A stretch of 64,000 bases of DNA, taken from positions 27,739 to 91,738 of the forward strand of contig CAJPGC010000007.1 of the NCBI GenBank assembly GCA_905339405.1. Direction: 5' to 3'. Under the pieces are notes generated by a model, which made no database searches, had not been told where the DNA came from, and saw only the letters and a program-made list of their open reading frames with translations. This document shows positions 20,056 to 29,250 of the stretch, piece by piece. This DNA is from an uncultured bacterium (GTDB lineage: Bacteria > Desulfobacterota > GWC2-55-46). Both the position numbers and the translations under genes were made by a program. Numbering within the stretch: position 1 is the first letter of the stretch; every line of letters starts with the position of its first letter.

Positions 20056-21015
20056 ATGGCGCAGAAAAAATCCAGAAAAAACTTGTATCTCTATGCCCTG
20101 GTTTTCGCGGTATCCGCTGCAGTCGGTCTTTTTCTCGCGAAAACGTCTCATGCCGGGGACCCGGCCGATGGAAAGACTGCATCAGTCGTCAGCAATTGGA
20201 AAGAGGGGGACAGCAAGGGCCTGACAGTCAAGATAGGCAAGCTGAAAGAGGCCAACGGCAGGCTGACGAACGAGGACATAACCTACGACGTCGACATAAA
20301 AGTCATCGGCGAGAGCGAAGACGGCTACACGGTCGAATGGGTCTACAACAACATCACCTACAGCGGAAGCAACCCGTTCGTCAAAAAGCTCTATAAGACG
20401 TCCGAGGGGCTCAAAATAGTATACACGACCGGCAAGGACGGGATGTTCAAGGAGCTTGTCAATTGGAAAGAGGTCCAGGAACATCTTTATAGCGCGCTCG
20501 ACCTGCTGGAAAACGAATTTCCAGACAACCAGGCCATAAAGGGCCTGATAAGCCAGTTCAAGGCGTTGTACTCTTCGAGGGACAGCATCGAGAGCACGCT
20601 CCGCGACATACAGATCTACCATTCGCCTTACGGAGGCGAATACACGCTTGGCGAGTGGACGAGCACCGAGACGACGCTGCCCAATCATCTCGGAGGCTAT
20701 CCTTTTCCCGCCGTCATCAAAACCGGCATGACTGAACTGGACCTCGCGAAGAACAGGTGCAAGATAGTCGCGACTCAGAAAATCGACGAGGAGAAGGCCG
20801 CCGCCGCCGTCAAAGAGTTCCTGCGCACCACTGCGGAGAAAAGCGGTGGACAGCAGCATTTCAACGGGGCCGGACAGTCTGGCGTAAGCATAAACGACGT
20901 TTTCGAGTATGACGTCGAATTGAACGGGGGATGGGTAAACAAGGCGTACTTCAAAAGAGAGACCAGGACCGGCCCGGCAAAAGGCGTCAATACATATGAG
21001 ATAACTCTCAAGTAA
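20056..21015 (+). CDS. Secreted hypothetical protein
   Basis: Strong RBS gaaggaggg and signal peptide (LYALVFAVSAAVGLFLAKTSHA). No recognisable domain. Confidence 0.55.
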   Translation: MAQKKSRKNLYLYALVFAVSAAVGLFLAKTSHAGDPADGKTASVVSNWKEGDSKGLTVKIGKLKEANGRLTNEDITYDVDIKVIGESEDGYTVEWVYNNITYSGSNPFVKKLYKTSEGLKIVYTTGKDGMFKELVNWKEVQEHLYSALDLLENEFPDNQAIKGLISQFKALYSSRDSIESTLRDIQIYHSPYGGEYTLGEWTSTETTLPNHLGGYPFPAVIKTGMTELDLAKNRCKIVATQKIDEEKAAAAVKEFLRTTAEKSGGQQHFNGAGQSGVSINDVFEYDVELNGGWVNKAYFKRETRTGPAKGVNTYEITLK

Positions 21016-21235
21016 AAATGTGAATGGCATGAGATACGCGCCAGGCGGGATGACTTTTCAAGTCATCCCGCCTGGCTTTTTTTCAGCCCGGGCCCGTTAC
21101 GCGCAAACGCTCGCAAAGGCTTTGTTTTTTCGGGTTGTTTGTGGTAAATCTTGGGTAGGGTACTCTGTTTTTTTCTCATAAGTTTTTGTACTTGCCGAGG
21201 CTTTTAAATTTTTAAGAAAGCGGGTCATAAAAAGC

Positions 21236-22315
21236 ATGAAAAAAGTGATTTTTGCGGCAGCGGCGTTGTTGATGTTTTCAGGCTGCTTTGGGGGGCCGAC
21301 TCCACTTATGAAGGCCTCTTTTGAGGGAAATAACGGCGAGGTGAAAAGCCTCCTTGAAAAGGGGGCGGACATCGATGAAAGAGGCACTTTGCCGAACGTT
21401 ACCGGGTACGCGCCTAAATACTGGCTCAAATCCACCGCGCTCATGGCTGCGGCGCATTACGGCCAGGACGCCACGGTCGACCTTCTGCTCTCGCGCGGCG
21501 CTGATATAAACGCTGAAAACTTCCTGTGTCTTTCAGCTGTCCACCTCGCGACCGTAAGCAAGAAGAAAGAGACCGTCAGCCTTCTGGTAAAAAAAGGCGC
21601 GAAATTGGAACCGGCTGACGCGTCCAGCGCGTGGTGCCATATTCACAGCACCCCTCTTCAAGTGGCGGCGTCAGAGGGCGATATTGAAATCGTAAAGCTC
21701 CTTGTCAGAAATGGCGCCGGTGTCGACACTGGAGGCTACTGCGGCTACAGCCCTCTATTGCTTGCCTCGTTGGAGGGGCACTATGAGACGGTTGAATACC
21801 TGCTCAAAAACGGGGCCGATGTGAAACTGAAATCACAAAACAAACTTGGATGCCAGGAGACTACTCCTCTGAAGATAGCCGAGGAAAAAGGGCATACAAA
21901 GGTTGTCAAGCTGCTGAAGGATGCCGCAGCAGGCGCGGTAGCCGTCAATAAGGTGATCGCCGCGCCTCCTGAAGACCCCTTGGAGGCGGCAGCCTTCGAG
22001 GCAGAGGCCAGAAAGTACAGGGAGAGCGCCGTGAAACCGGCTTTCCCGGAAGAGGCAAGGAAGTACAAGGCCCAGGCCGAGTTCGCCTTACAGCAGAAAA
22101 AATTTGAGAACGCGGTCGATTTGTACGGCAGGGCCCTGAAGGCCGCCCCGTGGTGGCCTGACGGCCATTTCAACAGGGCGCTCATACTCGGGGAGCTCTC
22201 GAGGTATGAAGAGGCAATCAGGGAGATGAAGCGCTATCTCCTCCTTGCTCCCGACGCGCCGGACGCCAGGGACGCGCAGGACAGGATATACCAGTGGGAG
22301 AGCGTTGCGGAATAG
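21236..22315 (+). CDS. Ankyrin-repeat / TPR lipoprotein
   Basis: Lipobox (LLMFSGC), at least five ankyrin repeats (G.TALM.AA..G....V.LLL..GADIN), C-terminal TPR-like helices. Confidence 0.8.
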   Translation: MKKVIFAAAALLMFSGCFGGPTPLMKASFEGNNGEVKSLLEKGADIDERGTLPNVTGYAPKYWLKSTALMAAAHYGQDATVDLLLSRGADINAENFLCLSAVHLATVSKKKETVSLLVKKGAKLEPADASSAWCHIHSTPLQVAASEGDIEIVKLLVRNGAGVDTGGYCGYSPLLLASLEGHYETVEYLLKNGADVKLKSQNKLGCQETTPLKIAEEKGHTKVVKLLKDAAAGAVAVNKVIAAPPEDPLEAAAFEAEARKYRESAVKPAFPEEARKYKAQAEFALQQKKFENAVDLYGRALKAAPWWPDGHFNRALILGELSRYEEAIREMKRYLLLAPDAPDARDAQDRIYQWESVAE

Positions 22316-22369
22316 GCTGGCGGGGCCACTGAGCAGGCCTGAACGCAGTAGTTCGGAGTAGAGGACGTC

Positions 22370-23851
22370 ATGCGGAGAATATACATTTTTGGAGCGTTCC
22401 TGTTCTTGACGGCAGCCTTGCCGTCTTTAATACACGCTGAAGACTGTTCCGAGAGCTACGGGGCCAGACTTGCCTATGGCAATAAGAACGCGTGGAAGTC
22501 GTGGTGTTACAAATGCGGCGGGTCATTTGTCGAAAGCGGGCCGCGTTCCGAGTGCAGGCCTGGCCCTGATTGGGGAAAAGGAAGCTCTTCGAGCACCGGC
22601 GGCGACAAGGTTGGCAGCGGTTCTTACCAGTTCACTCCTACCGGAGACCTGCGAATAGACGCGCCCCTTGCGGTGATGTCAGGTTTTTTGAACGGCATGG
22701 AAGAGGCAAGCAAGGAGAGGAGCGCCCGACAGCAGGCGGAGAGAGAGCGGGCGGAGTATGAGGCTGTGATGGCGGCCCAAAAGGCCGCCGAAGAGGCCGA
22801 GAGGCGCAAAGAAGAGAGCTTTGAGCGCCTCTCGGGAGCTGTAAAGGGCGTTGAAAAAAACGGCATATTCCTGAAAAACATGGGCGATACGCAGGTGCTC
22901 AAGCTGAAGACCGGAAATGATTTCTTCAATTCGCCCGGAAATCCGGAAGGCATGGCCGAAACGGAGACTCACAGGAAGCTGGCGTTAAAATTAGGCGATG
23001 AGCCTTCTACGGTCATCGGAGTGCCTGTAAAAGATAATGGAAGCGTGTCTGTCCCCCCGGCACAGGTTGTTAAGGAAGAGAAGCTAAAGGCCGGGGAAGC
23101 GAATCTTCAAGCCGCTGAGACGGACGGCGATAAGGCGCTCATAGAGTCCATGAGCGCCATTGGAAAGCGTCACAATTGGGAACCTGAGGAGCAGGCCCGC
23201 CTTGATAAGGCCTTGAACGAGCTTGATTTCGACGGAGACCCCGACGCCACGCCTGCCGAGATACGGGAGACCTGGCGGAACATGCTCCGGGAGGGCAGGG
23301 GAGAGCTCCTCAAAAACGAGGCCGCGAAAGGACACGGCCCCGGCCTTCAGTGGGCGGGAGCGGGCGAGCAGACAAAATACATGGATTGCACCATCTTCGC
23401 GCTGGCAAACGCCTCAGGAGTGCCTTACGGCGTAGTCGCCGCAAGGGCTGCGGAGCTTATCCGTGAAGCTGACTGGCGTGGCCCAGCTGCACAAAAGAAA
23501 CCTCAAGAGGTGATGGAAAAAACCGGCCTGAACGGCGGTGAGGTCATCATACTTGCCGAATCATTGGGCCAGGCAGAGGTCGTCAAGAGCGCTGATTTCC
23601 AGAATGTCCTGAAAGAAGGGCGGCCGGTGCTCGTGAACGTCGCGCCGCAAAACGGCGGAAGCGGCGGGCACCAGGTAGTCATTACAAAGACTTTCGAGCA
23701 TGAAGGACAGACCTGGTACGAGATGATGGACTCGAACCAGGGCGCGCCTGGGCGTCTGTACCTGAGCGCCGATGAGCTTGACACGATACTCCAGGAGAAC
23801 GGCATAGCTTTCCGCCCGGAACCCGGAAGGAAACCTGCTCTGCTTCGCTGA
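22370..23851 (+). CDS. Secreted protein with Cys-rich N-terminal region, coiled coil and C-terminal papain-like (C39-like) cysteine peptidase fold
   Basis: Signal peptide; N-terminal CxxxxxC...CYKCGG...C; charged coiled coil; C-terminal candidate triad Cys (YMDCTIFALANASG), His (GGHQVVITK), Asp (MMDSNQG). Confidence 0.55.
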   Translation: MRRIYIFGAFLFLTAALPSLIHAEDCSESYGARLAYGNKNAWKSWCYKCGGSFVESGPRSECRPGPDWGKGSSSSTGGDKVGSGSYQFTPTGDLRIDAPLAVMSGFLNGMEEASKERSARQQAERERAEYEAVMAAQKAAEEAERRKEESFERLSGAVKGVEKNGIFLKNMGDTQVLKLKTGNDFFNSPGNPEGMAETETHRKLALKLGDEPSTVIGVPVKDNGSVSVPPAQVVKEEKLKAGEANLQAAETDGDKALIESMSAIGKRHNWEPEEQARLDKALNELDFDGDPDATPAEIRETWRNMLREGRGELLKNEAAKGHGPGLQWAGAGEQTKYMDCTIFALANASGVPYGVVAARAAELIREADWRGPAAQKKPQEVMEKTGLNGGEVIILAESLGQAEVVKSADFQNVLKEGRPVLVNVAPQNGGSGGHQVVITKTFEHEGQTWYEMMDSNQGAPGRLYLSADELDTILQENGIAFRPEPGRKPALLR

Positions 23852-23879
23852 GCTTGCGTAACAGGCCTGAAATATAAAA

Positions 23880-23914
23880 GGGGTACTGCTTGATAAGCAG
23901 TACCCCTTTTTGTT
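23880..23914 (+). terminator. Rho-independent terminator
   Basis: Perfect hairpin ggggtactgcttgataagcagtacccc followed by a T-run. Confidence 0.7.
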
Positions 23915-24040
23915 TAAGGGCCGCAACTGCGCTGGAACGGCCTGCTGGTCCGAGAGCATCCACGGCATTCTTGTCATTGCAAAAACAGGCCGATTTCTGT
24001 TATCTTTTGAGATATCCTTTTTATCTACTTTGACGAAATC

Positions 24041-24973
24041 ATGAAACCATTCCCTTCATCCTTGAGAAGCAGGCTTGGATGGGCAGAACTGCTTGAGCTT
24101 AAAAGGACTGCCGAGCCGCACGTCCATCAGATAGAGCCGACGAACAGCTGCCCGTATTCGTGCGTAATGTGCCCGAGACCAGAACGCATGGAGCGCGAGG
24201 TCGGGTTCATGGAAATGGGCCTCTTCGAGAAAATAATCGACGAGATATCCGGTTTCTCCGAGCCGGTCCGCAAAAAAGAGATAGAGCTTTTTCACTTCGG
24301 CGAATCGCTCCTGCACCCCCGTATACACGAGATGGCCGGATATGCTTCCGGCAAGGGCCTCAACGTGACCCTTTCGGTCAATGCCCCCGAGCTTACCCCT
24401 CAGCTGCTGGACCGGCTCGCCTCAAGCGGCCCGTGCAGGATAATAATCTCCTTCGACGGCTACGACGCTGAAAGCTACAGGAAGATACGCGGGAGCGCGG
24501 CCGATTATGAAAAAGGCACGGCCAACCTCAAATATGCCGCCGGGCTCCTCAAGAAAAAAGGCCTTGCCGGGACAAAAATCTCCCTCAGGGTAATCCGGCT
24601 GAACGCGAACAACCCGCGAATCGACGAAGTCAGGGAGTACTGGGAAGCGCTCGGGCTGCCAGTAGAGGTCCGCGAGTTTTTCCCGTGGACTGAAAAAGAG
24701 CTCGCGTCCCTCGGCATCGTGCAGAAGTACCCGCCATTCATGCCCTGTCCCTTTCCGTGGCAATATCTCGTTGTGCAGTGGGACGGCACTGTTGTGCCGT
24801 GCTGCAGGGACTATAACGGCGTCAACCAGATGGGCAACGTCCGGGGCTCGTCCTTGAAGGAGATATGGAACAGCCCCGTATACGCCGATTTCAGGGCGCA
24901 GCACCGGACAGGGGAATACGGCAGCAACGGACTGTGCAGGGGATGCATGGAAATCTTTTACACAGAGGGATAG
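24041..24973 (+). CDS. Radical SAM / SPASM-domain protein
   Basis: CPYSCVMC (Cx3Cx2C) radical-SAM cluster motif and a C-terminal Cys-rich SPASM-like region (CPFPW...PCC...CRGC). Confidence 0.8.
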   Translation: MKPFPSSLRSRLGWAELLELKRTAEPHVHQIEPTNSCPYSCVMCPRPERMEREVGFMEMGLFEKIIDEISGFSEPVRKKEIELFHFGESLLHPRIHEMAGYASGKGLNVTLSVNAPELTPQLLDRLASSGPCRIIISFDGYDAESYRKIRGSAADYEKGTANLKYAAGLLKKKGLAGTKISLRVIRLNANNPRIDEVREYWEALGLPVEVREFFPWTEKELASLGIVQKYPPFMPCPFPWQYLVVQWDGTVVPCCRDYNGVNQMGNVRGSSLKEIWNSPVYADFRAQHRTGEYGSNGLCRGCMEIFYTEG

Positions 24974-26553
24974 TGGAAGAGCAGGTCTTACATGGTGAAG
25001 GGGGACAAGCGCCTTCCAGGGATACTGTCGCCGCGCTGTTCCAAAGGGCCGTTCACGTCAACGGGGCGGCCCCGCTCGTCTTTTTCGACGACGGCAGTTT
25101 TTTGAGCTACACCGAGGCCGGCTCTCTTGCCTTTGAGATCGCCGGGCGTTTGCAGGCTAAAGGAATCGGCAAGGGAAGCTACGTGGTATCAGCTTCAGCT
25201 GCCTCAGCTGAGGCAGCGCTCGTTTTCTGGGCATCGATGCTCGTCGGCGCGGTCTTTGTGCCGGTTGACGGCAATATGCAGCCGGAGAAGCTCTCGAGAA
25301 TTCTGGAGCTCATAGACCCTGGGATTGTCTTCACGGGCCCGGAATGGGCAGGGAAAAGCGCTCTTGCGGGCTTGAAGCCGGTCATATACACTTCGTCCGC
25401 CACCACGCCTGTTGCAGGCGGCTCTCAACAATTTCAACAGTTTTTCGATGGCGGTGAGGGCGCTTACAGTCCACAGCCGGTCTCGCCCGAAGACGCCGCC
25501 GTCGTCCTTTTCACTTCAGGCACATCAGGAGAGCCAAAAGGCATAGTGCTCTCACAAGGCGCGCTTTCAGGCAGCGGGCGCTTGATGGCTGAGACTTATC
25601 AATGGGGGCCGTCTGACAAAGTCCTTATGACCGGTGATTTCCATACCATGAGCGGGTTGAGAAACCCGTGCGTCGCTGCTCTCTATTCAGGGGCTTCTTT
25701 CATAATCGCGCCACAGGGCGCAAGGGGGAGCGCTCCGGCCTGCTCGGAGCTGATGGAAAGGCTCGGAGTGACCATATTGTGCACGGTCCCAGCCTTTCTA
25801 TCCCAGTTCACGAGGTTCCAGGAGAAGATATCAGGCGGCTTTGCGAGAAGCCTCAGGTTCGTCATGTGCACTGGGACAAACCTTTCCCCGGCGGTCATCG
25901 ATGAATTCGAAGGGCGTTATGGCAAGTCTGTGCTCAACTATTACGGCTTGACGGAGACGGCCGGCCTTTGTGTCGGCGTTCCCCCGGGAATGGAACAGAA
26001 GCTAAAGGGCGCCGTCGGCGTGCCGCTCGGCTGCTCGCTCAAGATAGCCGCGCCTGAAGGCGCCGAGGCGGGCGAGGGAATATCAGGGGAGCTCCTCATA
26101 TCAACAGAGAACATCATGAGCGGCTATTTAAAAGACCCTGAAGCTACTGAAAAGGCTTTTGCAGGCGGCTGGTTCTTGACAAGGGACCTCTGCCGCAGAT
26201 GGCCGGACGGCTCGATAGAGCTTTTAGGACGCGTTGACGACGCTTTCAAGGACCTGAGGGGAGAGCTCGTGCACCCCTCCGAGATAGAGAAGGTCATCGA
26301 AGGGCTGCCAAACGTTCTTGAAGCCGTTGTCTGCGGCTTTGGCGAGCGGGACGGACGTCCTGCGGCGGCCGCCTTTGTAGTCGCAAAAGAAAAAGCGGCG
26401 GACGAGGACATTTTGGCCGGCGAGCTCCGCCGCCAGGTCTTCGCCGCGCTCGGCCCTTACAGGACGCCCGCTCTTATCATTTTCGTGGACTCGCTTCCAA
26501 GGGGGACGAACGGAAAGGTGCTTAGAAGAAAATTGATGGAGACCCTGCCATGA
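24973..26553 (+). CDS. AMP-dependent synthetase/ligase (adenylate-forming enzyme)
   Basis: AMP-binding motif FTSGTSGEPKG plus YGLTET and GEL core motifs. GTG at 24973 overlaps the upstream TAG (TAGTG); the listed ORF start at 24865 is an upstream extension. Confidence 0.75.
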   Translation: MEEQVLHGEGGQAPSRDTVAALFQRAVHVNGAAPLVFFDDGSFLSYTEAGSLAFEIAGRLQAKGIGKGSYVVSASAASAEAALVFWASMLVGAVFVPVDGNMQPEKLSRILELIDPGIVFTGPEWAGKSALAGLKPVIYTSSATTPVAGGSQQFQQFFDGGEGAYSPQPVSPEDAAVVLFTSGTSGEPKGIVLSQGALSGSGRLMAETYQWGPSDKVLMTGDFHTMSGLRNPCVAALYSGASFIIAPQGARGSAPACSELMERLGVTILCTVPAFLSQFTRFQEKISGGFARSLRFVMCTGTNLSPAVIDEFEGRYGKSVLNYYGLTETAGLCVGVPPGMEQKLKGAVGVPLGCSLKIAAPEGAEAGEGISGELLISTENIMSGYLKDPEATEKAFAGGWFLTRDLCRRWPDGSIELLGRVDDAFKDLRGELVHPSEIEKVIEGLPNVLEAVVCGFGERDGRPAAAAFVVAKEKAADEDILAGELRRQVFAALGPYRTPALIIFVDSLPRGTNGKVLRRKLMETLP

Positions 26554-28349
26554 GCAGTATAGTTCAAGTTTTTGAAAACGCTGAAAGAGTGAAGCCGGGC
26601 AAGCCCTTGATGGTGACTGCTTCGGGCGAGCTTACATATGGAGCGCTCATTGAGCGCACTTCTCTCATGGCCGGACTTTTAAAGAAAGACGGCATATCTG
26701 AGGGCGACAGGGCGATAGTGTCGAGCGCGGACGACATCGAGTCAGCCTCGTCTTTCATCGGCCTTATGCGCTGCGGGGCCGTTCCGGTGATGGTAGATGC
26801 GCACCTTCCGGCACCCGAATGGACTGAAGTGGCAAAGGCCGCGAAAGCTAGCTGCGCTTTTGTTGACCAGGCGTTGAGGGAGCGCGCGGAAAAAATAACC
26901 GGCGTGTATGAATTCGGGAGGTCAACTAAGGCAGGCATGCTCGGCAGGCTTCTTAAGAGGGACAGGGCAGGGTACCCGGCGTTCTTCGAGGGGATAGTCC
27001 CGGCAGCTCCGCCCGAGAAAATTGACGAGGGTCTTGACGCGTACATAATGTTCACTTCAGGGACTACTTCGCGGCCCAAGGGCGTCAGGATAAGCCATAA
27101 GGCGCTTTTCGCCCATCTTGGGACTCTTTCAAGGCAGTTCGGCTACTCAGGCGAGGCGCGCATACTCAATGTCCTTCCGCTTAGCCACGCGGACGGCATC
27201 GTCCAGGGGCCTCTTGTTGCCCTGTACAACTTCGCCACCGTATATAGGCCATTGGAGTTCAGCATACAGAGGATTACAGAGCTCCTCGACGCGCTCTACA
27301 GGGAGCGGATAACGCACTTTGTCGCAGTGCCGACCATGCTGTCGCTCATATACAAGCTGTGGCAGGGACACGAGGAGAGTTTTTCGTCGGGCGACCTGAA
27401 GATGGTTGTCTCGACGGCCTCTTATCTGGAAAAGGAGATATGGGAAGGGTTTGAAAAAAAGTTCGGGGTCAGGGTCTCGAACGTCTACGGCCTTACAGAG
27501 ACAGTTGCAGGAGGGCTCTTCAGCGGCCCCTCAGATTCGGGGAGGCGCGTAGGGACCGTCGGCAAGCCTGTAGACTGCGAGGCAAGGGCAGCCCTTGAGG
27601 ACGGTGCTCCCGCGCCGGACGGAGAACCAGGCGAGCTGCTTTTGAAGGGAGAAAATCTCATGACTGGCTACTTCGAGGACAGCGAGGCCACGGCCCAGGC
27701 TCTCGCGGGTAGCTGGCTCCATACCGGCGATATCGCCGTCAGGGACAGCGACGGTTTTTACAGGATAACCGGAAGGAAAAAGAACATCATCGTCACCGGA
27801 GGGCTGAACGTTCAGCCCGAGGAGGTGACAGAGGCATTGAAGGCCCACCCTGATGTGCTGGAAGCGGTGACTTTCGGCGTCGAGGACGATGTCTCCGGAG
27901 AGCTGGTCGCCTCATGCGTGGTCCTATCGTCTGGGTCGGCTGCCGATGATGCCGGACTTGCCGAGTGGTGCAGGGGAAGGATAGCGCACTACAAGGCGCC
28001 ACGGTGCGTACATATTTTCGAAGAGCTTCCCAAAGGGCCTTCTGGCAAGGTGATAATCGCCCAGGCTAAAAAGATGGCGCTGGAAGCGGCCGTAGCGGAG
28101 AGCGCGGCGGGAGAGAGCGTCATTGAAAAAGTGCTCGGCGCCGCGTCGGCTGTTTTCAAGTCGCCGGTCAAGGAGCTTTCCGAGCGTTCGACCACGGCTG
28201 ATGTCGCCGGATGGGATTCGCTCGCCCACCTGCAGTTCGTCGTCGCGCTTGAAGAGGCTTTTGATATAAGGCTCGACCCGTCTGACATAATAAGGATAGA
28301 GTCGATAGGCGAGGCTGAAAGGATAGTGCGTGAGAAGCTCTCGTCCTGA
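26550..28349 (+). CDS. Adenylating enzyme fused to a C-terminal acyl/peptidyl carrier protein domain (DltA-DltC-like fusion)
   Basis: AMP-binding motif FTSGTTSRPKG, YGLTET. C-terminal ~80 aa carry the phosphopantetheine-attachment motif GWDSLAHL. Start ATGA overlaps the upstream stop. Confidence 0.8.
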   Translation: MSSIVQVFENAERVKPGKPLMVTASGELTYGALIERTSLMAGLLKKDGISEGDRAIVSSADDIESASSFIGLMRCGAVPVMVDAHLPAPEWTEVAKAAKASCAFVDQALRERAEKITGVYEFGRSTKAGMLGRLLKRDRAGYPAFFEGIVPAAPPEKIDEGLDAYIMFTSGTTSRPKGVRISHKALFAHLGTLSRQFGYSGEARILNVLPLSHADGIVQGPLVALYNFATVYRPLEFSIQRITELLDALYRERITHFVAVPTMLSLIYKLWQGHEESFSSGDLKMVVSTASYLEKEIWEGFEKKFGVRVSNVYGLTETVAGGLFSGPSDSGRRVGTVGKPVDCEARAALEDGAPAPDGEPGELLLKGENLMTGYFEDSEATAQALAGSWLHTGDIAVRDSDGFYRITGRKKNIIVTGGLNVQPEEVTEALKAHPDVLEAVTFGVEDDVSGELVASCVVLSSGSAADDAGLAEWCRGRIAHYKAPRCVHIFEELPKGPSGKVIIAQAKKMALEAAVAESAAGESVIEKVLGAASAVFKSPVKELSERSTTADVAGWDSLAHLQFVVALEEAFDIRLDPSDIIRIESIGEAERIVREKLSS

Positions 28350-29250
28350 GGCGCGCCCCCGCCGCCACGCCCCTCCTCTTTATTTATGGTTTGCCGTCGC
28401 TGCCATGCTGGCCGTCTTTTTCCTCGCAAGCATTCCTGCCTTTAACCGGTTCAATGCCGTCGACAGGACTTTTTTCGAGTCTTCAGCGCGCAGGCTCGAG
28501 ACTTTTCGTGAGCGTGCCGGAGGCGGCGGGAAAAGCCTCAAGGTGCTTGCCATAGGAAGTTCCCTGATGGACAGGGCCGTTTATTTCGACGAGCAGATGG
28601 AAGCACTGGCAGAGAGCCGCGGCCTTCCCAACCTTGTGTTCGCCCGCATCACCCGTTCCGGCGGCGACATTTCGAATTTCATGCCTCTCTTGAGCCAAAT
28701 GGCACAGGCGGCTCCGGACATCATCCTGGTCGAGTCGGACAGCGTTTTTTATGACCGCCATACGATAAAGAACGTATTCTTGAGGGAGTATATTGTTTTT
28801 TTGCGGGCCTTGCTGATGGCAAACCTCAAGTCCGGGCCCACGCTTCCGGAGCCCCGGGTCTATATTGAAAACGAGTTCGACCTTGCGTTGGACGGCAAGA
28901 CATCCGCGCGCCCCGGTAAGACTTTACTTGATAAGGCATTGCTTGACTGGAACGAGATGGGTTTGACCGGCAGGTACAAGATAGAGCTTTTTTTAAGCGA
29001 GGCAGGTAAAACGGGCGCGAAGGTCGTGTTGATAAATATCCCGAGGAACCCGGAATTTCTGGCGCGTATCCAGCGTGAGGGTGCAAACGGAGAAAAACAG
29101 CGGCTGGAAGATGATTACGGCATAAGGTCGATAATGTTTGATGGAGAGCACAGCCCCGAGCTCTATTCGGACTACGCCCACCTCAATGAAAAAGGGCGCT
29201 CGGTATTTTCTGACTGGCTCATCGAGGAGCTCAAGGGCGGGCGCTTATGA
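28330..29250 (+). CDS. Membrane-anchored SGNH-fold protein, DltD/AlgJ-like
   Basis: N-terminal TM helix; SGNH block I-like (VLAIGSSLMD) and block V DxxH (SDYAHLNEKG). Exact start is uncertain (GTG near 28330-28333). Confidence 0.6.
   Translation: MRSSRPEARPRRHAPPLYLWFAVAAMLAVFFLASIPAFNRFNAVDRTFFESSARRLETFRERAGGGGKSLKVLAIGSSLMDRAVYFDEQMEALAESRGLPNLVFARITRSGGDISNFMPLLSQMAQAAPDIILVESDSVFYDRHTIKNVFLREYIVFLRALLMANLKSGPTLPEPRVYIENEFDLALDGKTSARPGKTLLDKALLDWNEMGLTGRYKIELFLSEAGKTGAKVVLINIPRNPEFLARIQREGANGEKQRLEDDYGIRSIMFDGEHSPELYSDYAHLNEKGRSVFSDWLIEELKGGRL

Noticed and set aside
24865-24972. Upstream extension of the first AMP-ligase ORF overlapping the radical-SAM gene
   Set aside because: It overlaps the rSAM C-terminus in another frame. 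A GTG at 24973 overlapping the rSAM stop (TAGTG) fits the operon's translational-coupling pattern.
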